From assembly GCA_963806185.1 (NCBI GenBank), contig CAWDXE010000003.1, forward strand, positions 64,001 through 128,000: DNA of 64,000 nucleotides, in the 5' to 3' direction. A program made the position numbers and the translations under genes. The stretch comes from an uncultured candidate division Zixibacteria bacterium (GTDB lineage Bacteria > Zixibacteria > MSB-5A5 > GN15 > FEB-12). The stretch's first letter is position 1, and each line of letters starts with the position of its first letter. The notes under the pieces were generated by a model. That model ran no database searches, was not told the DNA's origin, and worked only from the letters and a program-made list of their open reading frames with translations. Below, in pieces: positions 9,566-20,139 of this stretch.

Positions 9566-9735
9566 AAGTGCAACGTGTTGACATGCAACATGTTATAAAA
9601 CGACACCAAACTCCGCTAAGAAAACCTGCCAATTTGAGCGCCATAATGGCAACATGTGGCAGCTATAGCGCCGAATTGACACAGAGAACTGCCATTATGA
9701 CCAGATCATTTGAATAGAATTGTAAAGGACGAGAT

Positions 9736-9766
9736 TCAGAGCGGTGCGGAGATCGCACCGCTCTGA
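9736..9766. terminator. 13-bp hairpin downstream of the HEAT-repeat gene
   Basis: tcagagcggtgcg-gagat-cgcaccgctctga; weak U-tail. Confidence 0.55.
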
Positions 9767-9776
9767 GTATTGCGAG

Positions 9777-11997
9777 CTATCTCTTGGCGAGAATTTCCGA
9801 AATGGTCTTGAGCAAAGGGGAGTTCTTGAAGAACAGCTTCTGCGCCGTCGACAGGTTGTTGTGGAACGATTCGATTTTCTTGATCGATTCATCGTCGCCC
9901 ATGCTGCCGAGCGCCTTTACGATGGCCACGCGAAGTTCGTCCTTGCTGACTTTGCCGCCGGCGAGCTGGCCGAGCGCATGGTCATCCTCGAGCAGACCTG
10001 ACAGGTAGTGCCGGGCCTGATCGCCGCCGATTTTACCGATTGCCTGAACCGACTTGATCGATTCAGAGGGATTGCGACCGGCAACATCGATCAACAACGG
10101 CACAGCGTCGTGCGAACCAACCAGGCCAATGGCGATGATTGCGCTTTCGCAGATTTCGCGGTCGCTGTCCTCGGACATCATGGACAAAAGGTCTACCGCC
10201 TCTTCGCCCCCGATCTTTTCCAGGGAAGAGACGATTTCGCGACGCACGCGAACGTCGGGGTCGGAGATGCGCAGGCGGAGCGGCGTGACGCCTTCGGGAT
10301 CCTTGATCGAGCCCAGGACAAAAATCGAATTACGCACTACATACCACTTGGAATCGGGAAGCTCGTGCCGTCCGGTTTCGCGTTCAAACCAGGCATCATC
10401 ATTGAGAATGCAGGAGAAGACGCGCAACGATGATTTGCCCAACTCGGCCAGGACGCGCAGGGCGAGCTGGCGGACCTGGCGGGTGGGATGGGAAATGATC
10501 TGCGACAGGCCGGTCGCGACGCTTTCGGTGCCGATGAGCGTAAGCACGCTCTTGATCTGATTGGCCTCATCGAAACCGGCCGTGGTGAGCTCTTTTACGA
10601 GCCGGTCGATAACGGCGGGCTGGCTGATGAGTTCGAATGTCTTTTTGATCGCCATGGCGTCGTACACGGTCACCCCATCCTCGAACTGACGGCGATCGGC
10701 CAGCGAGGTTGTCAGGGAAATCAGGGACTGGTAATCGTGATCGTTGAGTCCCTTTTCAAAGAGTCGCCAGATGAATTCGGAGTACTCATACGTTTCGCGA
10801 CGTTCGGCCAGATGGAGACCGACGGTCTCAATGGCGCCGCGGATAACCAGGCTATCGGTCAGGTAAGGAATATTGGGCACCAGCGAGACCAGCAGTTCAA
10901 GGGCTTTCTGCCTATGATCGCTCTGCTGGGCGCTCAGGTGGTTGATGAGTCGGCCGAGTACATCGAGAGCCCGGTCGCGCTGACCGGTCTTGAGCAGGCG
11001 ATGGAAGGCGTCGCTGAACTCCTGCTCTTCGGCAATCTGAGCAGCGGCAGTTCTTGGACGGCGTGAACAGCGAATCCAGCAGGTAATCCATGCGCTGGGT
11101 CGCCTGCATCCGAATCTGACCGGTAGCAGTGGCCGTCTTCTGATAGGCAGTGGACTGGCTCTCTTCCACCGGGACGTTCAGGTCGGCAATGATCCGATCC
11201 TTTTGCGGATGGTATTCGATAATCTTGAAAGCCGACATGTACCGCTCGACACAAATCGCCTTGTGCTGGGTGTCGGCCGCGTTGATTTGATCGACGAGGG
11301 CAGTGAGGGCGGAGCGAACATCTTCCCACCCGAGGGCGGCGACCCGTTCCGGGAGCAAATAGGTCACCAACTCGCGGTTGTAGTCGATGCCCAGCGCGAG
11401 GAGCATGTCTTCGGTGGCATCGGGGATGGCGGCCAGAGTCGGCAGATCGGTGCCGAGACGGTCGAAGACGAGCCGCTTGATGCTGTAGTCGGCGTCCACC
11501 TCGCCGCGGTACTGTTTGTGCTTGTCGAAGAGGTCAAAGCCCAGTTCGGAATTGATCTGGATGGAAGCGACATTGTGCTTTTTCAGAAAAGCCGCGAGAT
11601 TGAAGTTCGGATCATAGAGTGTTTCCCGTCGGGCCAGCCCCGATAGAAAAATCGAAAACTCACCCATCGTCAATGTCCGTTCCAGCAGGAGGGCATTGAT
11701 ATCCTGCGTCTGCAGGTATTGCATGATCTGGGCATTGAAGATTTCGTCCTTGAGGCAGATATTCAGGATGTGCAATTGCCCCCGGCGGACGTTGAGATTC
11801 ACGAATTGCTTGTAGCGGAAGAATTGTCCGAGGATGAGAAACGGCTTTTCCAGCGCTTTGCCGACCAACGGATGATCGACACCGTAGATGGCCATCTTTT
11901 TGGAGGCCATTGCCAGTTCGCGCACGAGCGAATGGACCAGCTCATTGAGATCAGTTCTCAGCGTGTTTTCGCTGAATAGACGAGGGGTCTTTTGCAT
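9777..11997 (-). CDS. HEAT-repeat protein, interrupted by a 1-nt frameshift near 11049
   Basis: C-terminal HEAT repeats (WYVVRNSIFVLG, DPDVRVRREIVSSL); the two ORFs join with one base removed (2221 nt span). Confidence 0.8.
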
Positions 11998-13120
11998 TGC
12001 TCTCTCCGAAGCAGAGTATCCTGCCCTTTTGGGTCGCGACGTAGATTCGACGGCCATCGGTGACCGGCGATACCGCTATCGCCCCAGCTACGGTCGTCCG
12101 GTCGACGACGCTTCCGTCGCCGGCATTGATCAGGAAGAGGTGTCCACCGAGCGTGCCGGCCAGCACGTAGCCGTTAATCGCCAGCGGCGGAGCTTTGACT
12201 ACTTCCTGACAATCGACAGTCCACAGGGGAAGGCCGGTTTCGGCGTCAAACGCTTTGACTTCGCCTCGGGAAGTTCCCACGATCACCCGACCGTCTGCCA
12301 CGGCCGGCGGACCCCAGACAGGGCTGTTGGCCTTGGCGTGCCAGATCAATCGGCCATCGGACGGGTCGGCTGCGTACAGCCCGCCGTCCACGTCGGCGAA
12401 ATAGATCCGGTCGGCGATGACCGCCAGGCTTACCAGCGGGCCATCCGCGTGCACCGTGAACTGCTCTTTACCATCCGAAAGAGAGACTGCGTACAAACGC
12501 CCCTGGGCATCGGGCTGAAAGATCAACCCTGAACCGAAGGTCGGTGGAGCGACAAGTTTGCCACCGGTCTGAAATGACCAGGCAAGCTTGCCCGATTTCA
12601 AGTCATACGCAGACAGCCGCCCGTCTCCGGAACCCACGATCAGGCGGTTATCTACTATTATCGACCCAGAAGCGGCATCCTTTATGGGATGGCTCCACAA
12701 CTGATCGCGATGGACCAGGTTGACCGCCATGAGCCGGTTCTTCTTGGGGGCGAGGCTGTAGTAGGCGATGGAATCGCGGAGCACTACTCCCGACTGGGCA
12801 AGTCCCTTCGTTTTGTATTGTCCGACTTGCCGGCCGGTGGCCAGATCGATGAACCGGATCCGCTTCTTTGTCCCGGAGTAAATGATCTGGTCATGGTATA
12901 TCGTCATGGGGCCTATCGGCTTGTCGGAAACCCTCGACTCCCAAATGAGATTGAGTTGCCCCGAGAAACCGGGAATTGTGACTGAACCCAGCCCGGCCAA
13001 ATCTCCCCGGGCGAATGCCCACGGTGACTCTTCGGTTAACGCCTGTCGCTTGAGCGCGGAGTTGGGGGAACAACCGCAGAAACAGGCAAGAATGAGAATG
13101 CCGGCCAGAACGCGGTTCAT
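11951..13120 (-). CDS. BamB-like PQQ-type beta-propeller lipoprotein
   Basis: Lipobox-like LACFCGC, repeated 'G.LYA.D..DG...W' blades; TGATG overlap with the Omp85 gene. Confidence 0.85.
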   Translation of the reverse strand: MNRVLAGILILACFCGCSPNSALKRQALTEESPWAFARGDLAGLGSVTIPGFSGQLNLIWESRVSDKPIGPMTIYHDQIIYSGTKKRIRFIDLATGRQVGQYKTKGLAQSGVVLRDSIAYYSLAPKKNRLMAVNLVHRDQLWSHPIKDAASGSIIVDNRLIVGSGDGRLSAYDLKSGKLAWSFQTGGKLVAPPTFGSGLIFQPDAQGRLYAVSLSDGKEQFTVHADGPLVSLAVIADRIYFADVDGGLYAADPSDGRLIWHAKANSPVWGPPAVADGRVIVGTSRGEVKAFDAETGLPLWTVDCQEVVKAPPLAINGYVLAGTLGGHLFLINAGDGSVVDRTTVAGAIAVSPVTDGRRIYVATQKGRILCFGESNAKDPSSIQRKHAEN

Positions 13121-15963
13121 CAGAAATTCCATCCAAAGAAGAAATCAAAATCGGTGTTTGGGCTCACGGTTTTGAAATCAGTGGTCCGCGCGAAATCAAA
13201 GCGGAGCTGAGTGACATAACCGAGATTCACCCGAAAACCAGCACCGAACGAACCGAGGAATTGGTCGAATTCGGTGTCCCAGGCTGAGCCGGTATCAAAA
13301 AACAGGGCGCCGCGAATACCTCGGAAGCCAAGCCCACCTATGGGGAAGCCAATGAGCAAATTGTTGATGAGCGGAAACCGAAGCTCGGTGGAAGTGAAGA
13401 GGATGTTGCGGCTGTAGAATTCCCGCCGTTCGTATCCTCGGAACGACCAGCTTCCGCCGAGGTAGAGCCGCTGCGGCTCGATGCCGCTGGAGGTATATGC
13501 AAACATCCGGTTAGCGAAGGCGGAATACTTGCCCAGCCGGAAATAGTGACGAATGTCGGCCAGCGCCAATCGATTGAACATGCGACCGTCAGACAGCGAA
13601 TACGTCATCCCAACGGAAAAATTATAGCGCCGTCCTTCGATCGGTCCGGATATGTCCCAGATGGCATTATCGTAGATCCAGCTCACTGTCTGTGTGGACA
13701 GAAAGGCCTCACGACTTTTCAGGCCATACCGTCGGTCGCGCTTGGAATACCGTTCGTAACTGCTGAAATCCACACGATTGAATTTTGAGAGCGGATAGCT
13801 GAGCAGAAGAATGCCGCCGGCCTGCCGTTCGTTGAAGTACAAATCGTAATCGTTATAATATTCGTCGTAGAGATGAAAAAGGCCCACACCCCAGTTCAGC
13901 CGTCGCTCCATATTGATGTAGGTGAGGCCGAAATTGAACGAGGTGAGAAAATCATCTTTCGTGTCAGCCGTGTTGGAGACGAGGATGTAGAACGCCCGAT
14001 TGCCCAGCATATCCGAGACGGCCGCCTGAAATCCGCCGAGCGAGCCATAGACCGGGTCATAAGCCACGCTCGATTGCGCGATATCAAAGGAGTAATCCGA
14101 CTGGTAGTTGACGGAGCTCTGGCTGTAGGCCTGGTCGATCTTGCGGGGCTGCCAGACAGACGAGTCCCGGGTCACAAGCTGCTCCACCGGTTGGGGTTGA
14201 GGAAGGATATCCATCTCGTAGACCTGAAATTGCATTTCCTGATATCCCGTGTATACCAGCGTACGGCCGTCGGACGAAAGGCGTGGATCGAAAGCGCCGG
14301 TTACATAGGTCGATTGCTGGGTCAGATTGTCCGCACTATCCAACAGAAAGAGGTTCGCAACACCGGTACGGTTGGACGAGAAGTAGATGCCCTGCGGGGT
14401 GGCGTCGGGCGAGTGGTCATCGTATGGCCCATACGTGATCTGTGTCACCTTGCGATCGACAAGACTCAACGAAAAGATGTTATTGGCGCCGTCTCGGCCG
14501 TCAACGCCGCGATCCGACACGAAGATGATCGAATTGCCGTCGACGGAGAAGGTCGGTTCGATATCCATGTAGATGTCGTTAGTCAGCGAATCGTAAGCGC
14601 CGGAATCCAGGTCCAGAAGATACAGATCGGAGAACCCGGCTTCCTTCACCCCGGAGAAGACGACTTTGCGACCATCCGGCGACAACCTGGGTGATCGCGA
14701 GGCGATCAAACCGTTGATGTCATACTGCCGGGTCACCTTCCCTTCTCGTAATTCATACAGATAGATAACATCGTGTTCATGAGATTTGGATGAGAACACA
14801 ATCCGCCCTGAGTCATTGGCATCAATTCCGGAGCTGAGCAGGTAAAGCGATTCAAATTTAGAGGAGCGTTCTCCCTTGAGCAGGGTCTTCGCACCGGCAT
14901 CTTTGCCCCCATTGCGCGATTTCATGTAGATGCCGGTATACCCCAGGCGATTCGCTTTATAGACGATCCATTCAGTCGTACCCTTGCCGTTGTCCCAGTG
15001 AATCGGTACACCCTTGGCCGAATACCCATCCTTGCTGAGCTGGCGTGATTCCATGTTGGGCAGACCGAGCGTCGACATCTCGGGGAAGTACCGCTTCTTG
15101 AGCGCGTACTGCCACTTTCGCGAAATTTCGTCGAGATTGTCGTTCATGGTGTAAGCGACGATTTCTTCGAAAGTCTGTCCCTTATACCAGTTATCGAAGA
15201 GGGCCGATAGACGGTCGGAGCCGTAGGTAGTGTCAATGAAGTTGCAGATTGACTCGCCCAGCTTGTACATGAAGTAGCTCCCCTGGACCTGGTACAGGCT
15301 CGAGATGGGCAGCATCATGTCATTCACCACCATGTCTTTCAGAATCATATCCGCCTCAGTGTCCCAGCGTTGGGACCAGAACTCAGCCAGTCCCTCAGTA
15401 AACCAGAGCGGCGGATACGCGAATTTGAGACTGCTGTGGCGGGCCACGACGGCGTCGAGTTTATCGATCATGAAGGCGTGCACCATCTCGTGGTAGATCA
15501 CGTGCACGAAGTCGTGATATGAGCCGTGAAACGGCACGACCACCCGCCCTTTGAGAAATTCTGTAAACCCTCCCACCGATTCCGGCAATAATTCGGGCGT
15601 GACATTGGTTTGGGCAAAGTAACTGGGCGACGAGTAGATGATGAGCGGAATGCGATGGTTCATTTCGTGATTGAATTTGGCCGCCATCTCCCGGTACGCG
15701 TCTTCGGCGACCCTGGCCGCAATCTGCGCGACTTCGAGTTCTTCGGAATAGAAATAGATGTGAAAGTGCTCGGTCGTCATCACCTTCCAGTCAAATCGAG
15801 TGTAGTGCACCTTATTCTTGCCGAAGGCGTACTGCGCCGAAACGTCACTTCCCGGACCGCCTGCGAGAATCAACCACACGAAGAAAAGGGCAGCCCACCG
15901 CCCATTGTTTCTGCCGCGATCGACGGCGGCCGGTTCTACCTGGTTTTCGTAACTGTACTTCAT
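13120..15963 (-). CDS. Peptidase-MA / PD40 (TolB-like) / Omp85 barrel protein
   Basis: HEMVH..PLWFTEGLAE zinc motif, PD40 repeats (SPRLSPDGRKVVFS), LGGSWSFRGY Omp85 loop-6 motif, C-terminal FFFGWNF. Confidence 0.88.
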   Translation of the reverse strand: MKYSYENQVEPAAVDRGRNNGRWAALFFVWLILAGGPGSDVSAQYAFGKNKVHYTRFDWKVMTTEHFHIYFYSEELEVAQIAARVAEDAYREMAAKFNHEMNHRIPLIIYSSPSYFAQTNVTPELLPESVGGFTEFLKGRVVVPFHGSYHDFVHVIYHEMVHAFMIDKLDAVVARHSSLKFAYPPLWFTEGLAEFWSQRWDTEADMILKDMVVNDMMLPISSLYQVQGSYFMYKLGESICNFIDTTYGSDRLSALFDNWYKGQTFEEIVAYTMNDNLDEISRKWQYALKKRYFPEMSTLGLPNMESRQLSKDGYSAKGVPIHWDNGKGTTEWIVYKANRLGYTGIYMKSRNGGKDAGAKTLLKGERSSKFESLYLLSSGIDANDSGRIVFSSKSHEHDVIYLYELREGKVTRQYDINGLIASRSPRLSPDGRKVVFSGVKEAGFSDLYLLDLDSGAYDSLTNDIYMDIEPTFSVDGNSIIFVSDRGVDGRDGANNIFSLSLVDRKVTQITYGPYDDHSPDATPQGIYFSSNRTGVANLFLLDSADNLTQQSTYVTGAFDPRLSSDGRTLVYTGYQEMQFQVYEMDILPQPQPVEQLVTRDSSVWQPRKIDQAYSQSSVNYQSDYSFDIAQSSVAYDPVYGSLGGFQAAVSDMLGNRAFYILVSNTADTKDDFLTSFNFGLTYINMERRLNWGVGLFHLYDEYYNDYDLYFNERQAGGILLLSYPLSKFNRVDFSSYERYSKRDRRYGLKSREAFLSTQTVSWIYDNAIWDISGPIEGRRYNFSVGMTYSLSDGRMFNRLALADIRHYFRLGKYSAFANRMFAYTSSGIEPQRLYLGGSWSFRGYERREFYSRNILFTSTELRFPLINNLLIGFPIGGLGFRGIRGALFFDTGSAWDTEFDQFLGSFGAGFRVNLGYVTQLRFDFARTTDFKTVSPNTDFDFFFGWNF

Positions 15964-16014
15964 AAGTCTGGATCGTGTATACCTGATATCGGCAGGCTAC
16001 GACGCCCTATTGAA

Positions 16015-17001
16015 TCATTGCCGAATGTTGGTCGCGTAGCCGCAGTTGGTGCACCGACTCTGATGCAAGCCGATTGAGCGTACGTGATACCCTCGCCGAT
16101 TTACAAGCACCGAACGGCACCGCGGACAGGTGGTGTCGGCATCGTCCGTCGCAATATTGCCCAAGTATACCCAATTCAGCTTCTCCCGGGCAATCTCTCT
16201 CGCGCGCACGAGTATCTTATCCGACGCGGCGGGAATTTCCATCTTGTAGTCCGGATGATACGCGGAAAAGTGCAGCGGTATAGATGGATCGACCGAGACC
16301 ACAAAATCGACCAGCGCCCGGATATCGGATTCGGCGTCGTTCTTGCCCGGAATGAGGAGATTAGTCAATTCCAGATGGGCACCGAATTCAAAAACACTCC
16401 TGACGGCCGCCAGGACCGGTTCCAGCTTCCCTTTGCAGACGTGCGAGTAGAAGTGCGCCGAGAGAGATTTCAAGTCAATATTGAATGCATCCACCCACGG
16501 CAGCAATTGGGCCAACGGCCCCCGGTGAATATAGCCGTTGGTCACCAGAACAATTTTCAGGCCGCGCTCTCGCAGGATTGGTGCGACGTCAAGTATGTAC
16601 TCGATCCAGACAATCGGCTCGCTGTAGGTGAAGGCCACACCAAGAGTCTGCCGTTCGAGGGCCATTTCGGCTAGAGCGGCAGCCGAGACGAAGGTCGTGG
16701 CCGACACCGCCTGGGAAATGCTCCAGTTCTGACAAAACAGGCAGCCGAGATTGCACGCGTTTGGTCCCGTGGAGAGTATCTGCGAGCCCGGATAGAAATG
16801 GTATAGCGGCTTCTTTTCGATCGGATCGACATTCAGAGCCGCCAATTCTCCGTAGTTGTTCGTGACTAATACACCGTTGTCATTATACCGCGAACGGCAA
16901 ATGCCGTGCTTCCCCGGAGCAAGCCGACAATCGGCAGGACAGAGCAGGCAGGCAACCGTCCCATCGGTGGCAGATGAGGCAAACTTCGCGGTCTTGATCA
17001 T
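16015..17001 (-). CDS. amrS: AmmeMemoRadiSam system radical SAM enzyme
   Basis: CxxCPxxC N-terminus, DPIEKKPLYHFYPG, CNLGCLFCQNW, AFTYSEP. Confidence 0.92.
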   Translation of the reverse strand: MIKTAKFASSATDGTVACLLCPADCRLAPGKHGICRSRYNDNGVLVTNNYGELAALNVDPIEKKPLYHFYPGSQILSTGPNACNLGCLFCQNWSISQAVSATTFVSAAALAEMALERQTLGVAFTYSEPIVWIEYILDVAPILRERGLKIVLVTNGYIHRGPLAQLLPWVDAFNIDLKSLSAHFYSHVCKGKLEPVLAAVRSVFEFGAHLELTNLLIPGKNDAESDIRALVDFVVSVDPSIPLHFSAYHPDYKMEIPAASDKILVRAREIAREKLNWVYLGNIATDDADTTCPRCRSVLVNRRGYHVRSIGLHQSRCTNCGYATNIRQ

Positions 17002-17002
17002 G

Positions 17003-18575
17003 TTAGTCCTTCACCAACTGCTCGACAGCGGCAGCGAGGTTATCGCCTACGAGCAATCTCCGACTGCGGCTCAGCGCACCGATCTTGGACTCGGTTTCGC
17101 GCCCGTAGCCGGTGCGGACCAGGGCGGATCGAGCCCCGGCGGCAAGGGCAAGGTTTACATCCACGAGACTGTCACCGATCACGACGGAGCGACGGATGTC
17201 CAGATTGTGCTCTCGGGCAGCTTGTTCGATCATGCCGGTGGCGGGCTTGCGGCAGTCGCAGGCAACTTTGTATCGTGCGATCACGCCTTCGCGCTCGTGA
17301 TGCGGGCAATAGTAATGACCGACTACAGGAATCCCCTCGGCCTTCAGCAAGTCGTTCATCCGGGAGTTGACGCTCCTGACCTGATCCTCGGTAAGCAGGC
17401 CGCGCGCCACTCCCGACTGGTTTGAAATCATAACGATCTTGAATCCTGACTTGGCGGCCAGTTTGAGACCGTCCAGGGCCCCGGTTTCGAATTGGACCTG
17501 GTCCGGGTCGCCGAGGTAGTGTTTGTTGACCAATACTGTCCCATCTCTGTCGACGAATAAGGCGGGTGAAGCGTTCAATCGACGGTCAGCCATGCTGAGG
17601 AGCGCGGCTGCCACATCGGTCGGGGAAATGCGGGTGAAGCAAAACCGCTCCTCCCGGAAACAGGGTTTCTGCCCGTGGAGCGAGCAAGGACGGCAGGGCT
17701 CGTTGACTTGAATCACCTGATCGAAGACGCCACGCGGCGCAAAGCCGAGAGCCGGATGTGTGGGCCCGAAAACAGCGGCCACCGGCGTGCTGACGGCTGA
17801 CGAAAGGTGCATGATGCCTGAATCGTTGGAAAGCGTGACCGTTCCTCTGGCCAGCAGTGCCGCGAGCTTGTCGAGCGGCCAATCGTACGGCGAGATGAAA
17901 GTGATCCGAGGGAATTGTGGACAGCGTTTCCGGCAATCGTTCTTCCATTTCTGATACCCAGACAATGTGAAAACGGCGCTGATTGTGGACGTCAATGGCA
18001 GTCTGCGCGAATCTCTCGATCGGCCATTGTTTAGTCGCGTGGGCGGCTCCGGGCGCGACCAGAAGGGCCGGCTCACCGTCAGGCCATAGTGGGTCAATCG
18101 GCGGCAAGCTATCGCGAAGGACTATCGGCCTCCGGCAGTAGACGTCGCCACCCAATTGCTGAACAGCCGAATTGTACAGATCGATGGTGTGCGGCCACTC
18201 GGCGGGAAGGCGATGGGTCCGAGTCAAGCGAAACCGTTCCCACCGCCGTTTCGGGTAAGTGATTCGATCGTTGGCTGTAGTTAGTTTCCGGATCAGCCAG
18301 GAGTTCACCTTGCCCTGCAGATCGATGATGACGTCAAAGCGACGGGAGTCAAGCGTGTCAATCAAGTGATACCATTCCCCGATCGATGCGGAATTACTGA
18401 GTGTCACTATCTCATCTATGCCACTGATGAGTCCGGCCAATGTAGCGTTGGCGGCCTTGGTGAGAAACGTGATTTCGCAGTCGGGGAAATTGATCTTAAG
18501 GTTTCGGACAGTCGCCGACGTCAGGATAATATCGCCGATCGAGCCAAAACGGATGATGAGGATTTTGCGACGCAT
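17003..18575 (-). CDS. GT9 heptosyltransferase fused to GmhB-like heptose-bisphosphate phosphatase, 1-nt frameshift near 17886
   Basis: ILIIRFGSIGDIIL, APGAAHATKQWP, NDSGIMH, FGPT, then FVDRDGT, NQSG, CPHH..CDCRKP, IGD (HAD IIIA). Confidence 0.85.
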
Positions 18576-18576
18576 C

Positions 18577-19350
18577 TCATAGGAAAAGATACAGACCCAG
18601 CGCGCCAATGGCAAAGCAATAGAACGCGAAGTATTCGAACTTTCCGCGGCGCACTGAGGCCATCACCAAATAGACCGCCGCCAGGCCAAACACAAACGAG
18701 CACAAGGTGGCAACGGCGTAGGGCACAACCAGGGCGGAGGCGATTCCGTTCAAATGAGGGATCTCCAGCACGGCCGCACCCAAAATGGCCGGAATCGACA
18801 ACAAAAACGAGAATTCGGCTGCCTCGGCCGGTTTCACGCCGCACAGCATGCCAGCGACAATGGTGGTGCCGGAACGCGAAATGCCCGGCAGGATGGCGAT
18901 CGCCTGTCCGATCCCCATGATGAGCACGTTCAGCCAGTTGAGGTGTTGTGCTCCCTTGCGAATGACCAGCGGCAACAGGAGAATGCCACCGGTGATGATC
19001 AGTTCGATCGACGTCTCAACCGGATTATTGAAAGTCGACTCGAAGAAATCTTTGAGGAGCACACCGGCCAGTCCGGCGGGTATTGTCCCAAGGATGAGAA
19101 ACCAGACGATCTTTCGCTCACGCTTCATCTTCGGCGTGTAGAGCGATTGAATCAATACGGTCAATTGTCGGCGGAAGTAGATGAAGACCGAGGCGAGCGT
19201 GCCCAGGTGAATGAGCACGACAAACGTCACGCCCTGGTCAAGCTTGCCAAGCCAGGCTTCGGCAAGCACGAGATGGCCCGATGACGATACCGGGAGGAAC
19301 TCGGTCAGTCCCTGAATGATGCCCAATACAATCGCATCAAACAGCGACAT
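18577..19350 (-). CDS. uppP: Undecaprenyl-diphosphate phosphatase (BacA)
   Basis: QGLTEFLPVSSSGHL, PGISRSGTT, FSFLLSIP. Confidence 0.96.
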   Translation of the reverse strand: MSLFDAIVLGIIQGLTEFLPVSSSGHLVLAEAWLGKLDQGVTFVVLIHLGTLASVFIYFRRQLTVLIQSLYTPKMKRERKIVWFLILGTIPAGLAGVLLKDFFESTFNNPVETSIELIITGGILLLPLVIRKGAQHLNWLNVLIMGIGQAIAILPGISRSGTTIVAGMLCGVKPAEAAEFSFLLSIPAILGAAVLEIPHLNGIASALVVPYAVATLCSFVFGLAAVYLVMASVRRGKFEYFAFYCFAIGALGLYLFL

Positions 19351-19398
19351 CAGACCTGCTCATGATAAACGAGTGCAAGAATATTACCTGTCGCCCCG

Positions 19399-20040
19399 TT
19401 ACTGCAGGTTGAAGTCGAGCCCCAAGAAGAGGCCATCGTTGCCGTCGAACTGGAATTCTCCGTACAACTTGAAGGTGGTTGATGGGGCCCATTCAACGCC
19501 GCCGTTAAGGCCAAGTTCAAGATTCGAATCCGACCCGGCGTTGTTAACGCTGACGTTTTCCAGCCGTGCGTTAAAGCGTCCGTACGGCGAAATTGACCCA
19601 CCCTGCTTGAGCCAGAACGGGTACGACGCCAGGACATGCGCGCCGACTTCAAAGACAGAGGCAGGTCCGACATCGCGATATTCGAAGAAACCGCCAATCC
19701 CCATGTCGACAGGGTAGCGTCCAGATTGGTCCACGGACCAGAATTGCCATGTCAAATCTCCGCCCAGACCAAGGTGAACACCGTCGGTCCCTTCGTCGTC
19801 TACCAAGGCCAATTTCAGACGGCCGTCAGTATATTTCCCCATCCCATAGGCGAGAGTACCGAAAAACGACGTAGCGTCGGCAAGGCCGACTCCGACTGTG
19901 GCATCGGTTCGCCCCTGCCCCATAGCTCGGGCAGTCTTCATTGCTCCGAACACCGACCCTGCACCGTCGGCCCAGGTTGTACCCGCAAGTAAGGTCAGCG
20001 TCAAAGCAGCGCCAATTACCTTAGATCTGGAAAACATCAT
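19399..20040 (-). CDS. Outer-membrane beta-barrel protein
   Basis: Signal peptide, amphipathic strands, C-terminal LFLGLDF; GAGG RBS. Confidence 0.7.
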   Translation of the reverse strand: MMFSRSKVIGAALTLTLLAGTTWADGAGSVFGAMKTARAMGQGRTDATVGVGLADATSFFGTLAYGMGKYTDGRLKLALVDDEGTDGVHLGLGGDLTWQFWSVDQSGRYPVDMGIGGFFEYRDVGPASVFEVGAHVLASYPFWLKQGGSISPYGRFNARLENVSVNNAGSDSNLELGLNGGVEWAPSTTFKLYGEFQFDGNDGLFLGLDFNLQ

Positions 20041-20139
20041 CTGCTCATCCTCTAGTTGGTATGTACAATAGTGGGAGCAACTTAGGCTTGCCACCGTTCA
20101 CTGTCAAGCAAAAAGCCCGGCCGATATGGACAGCCCTGG

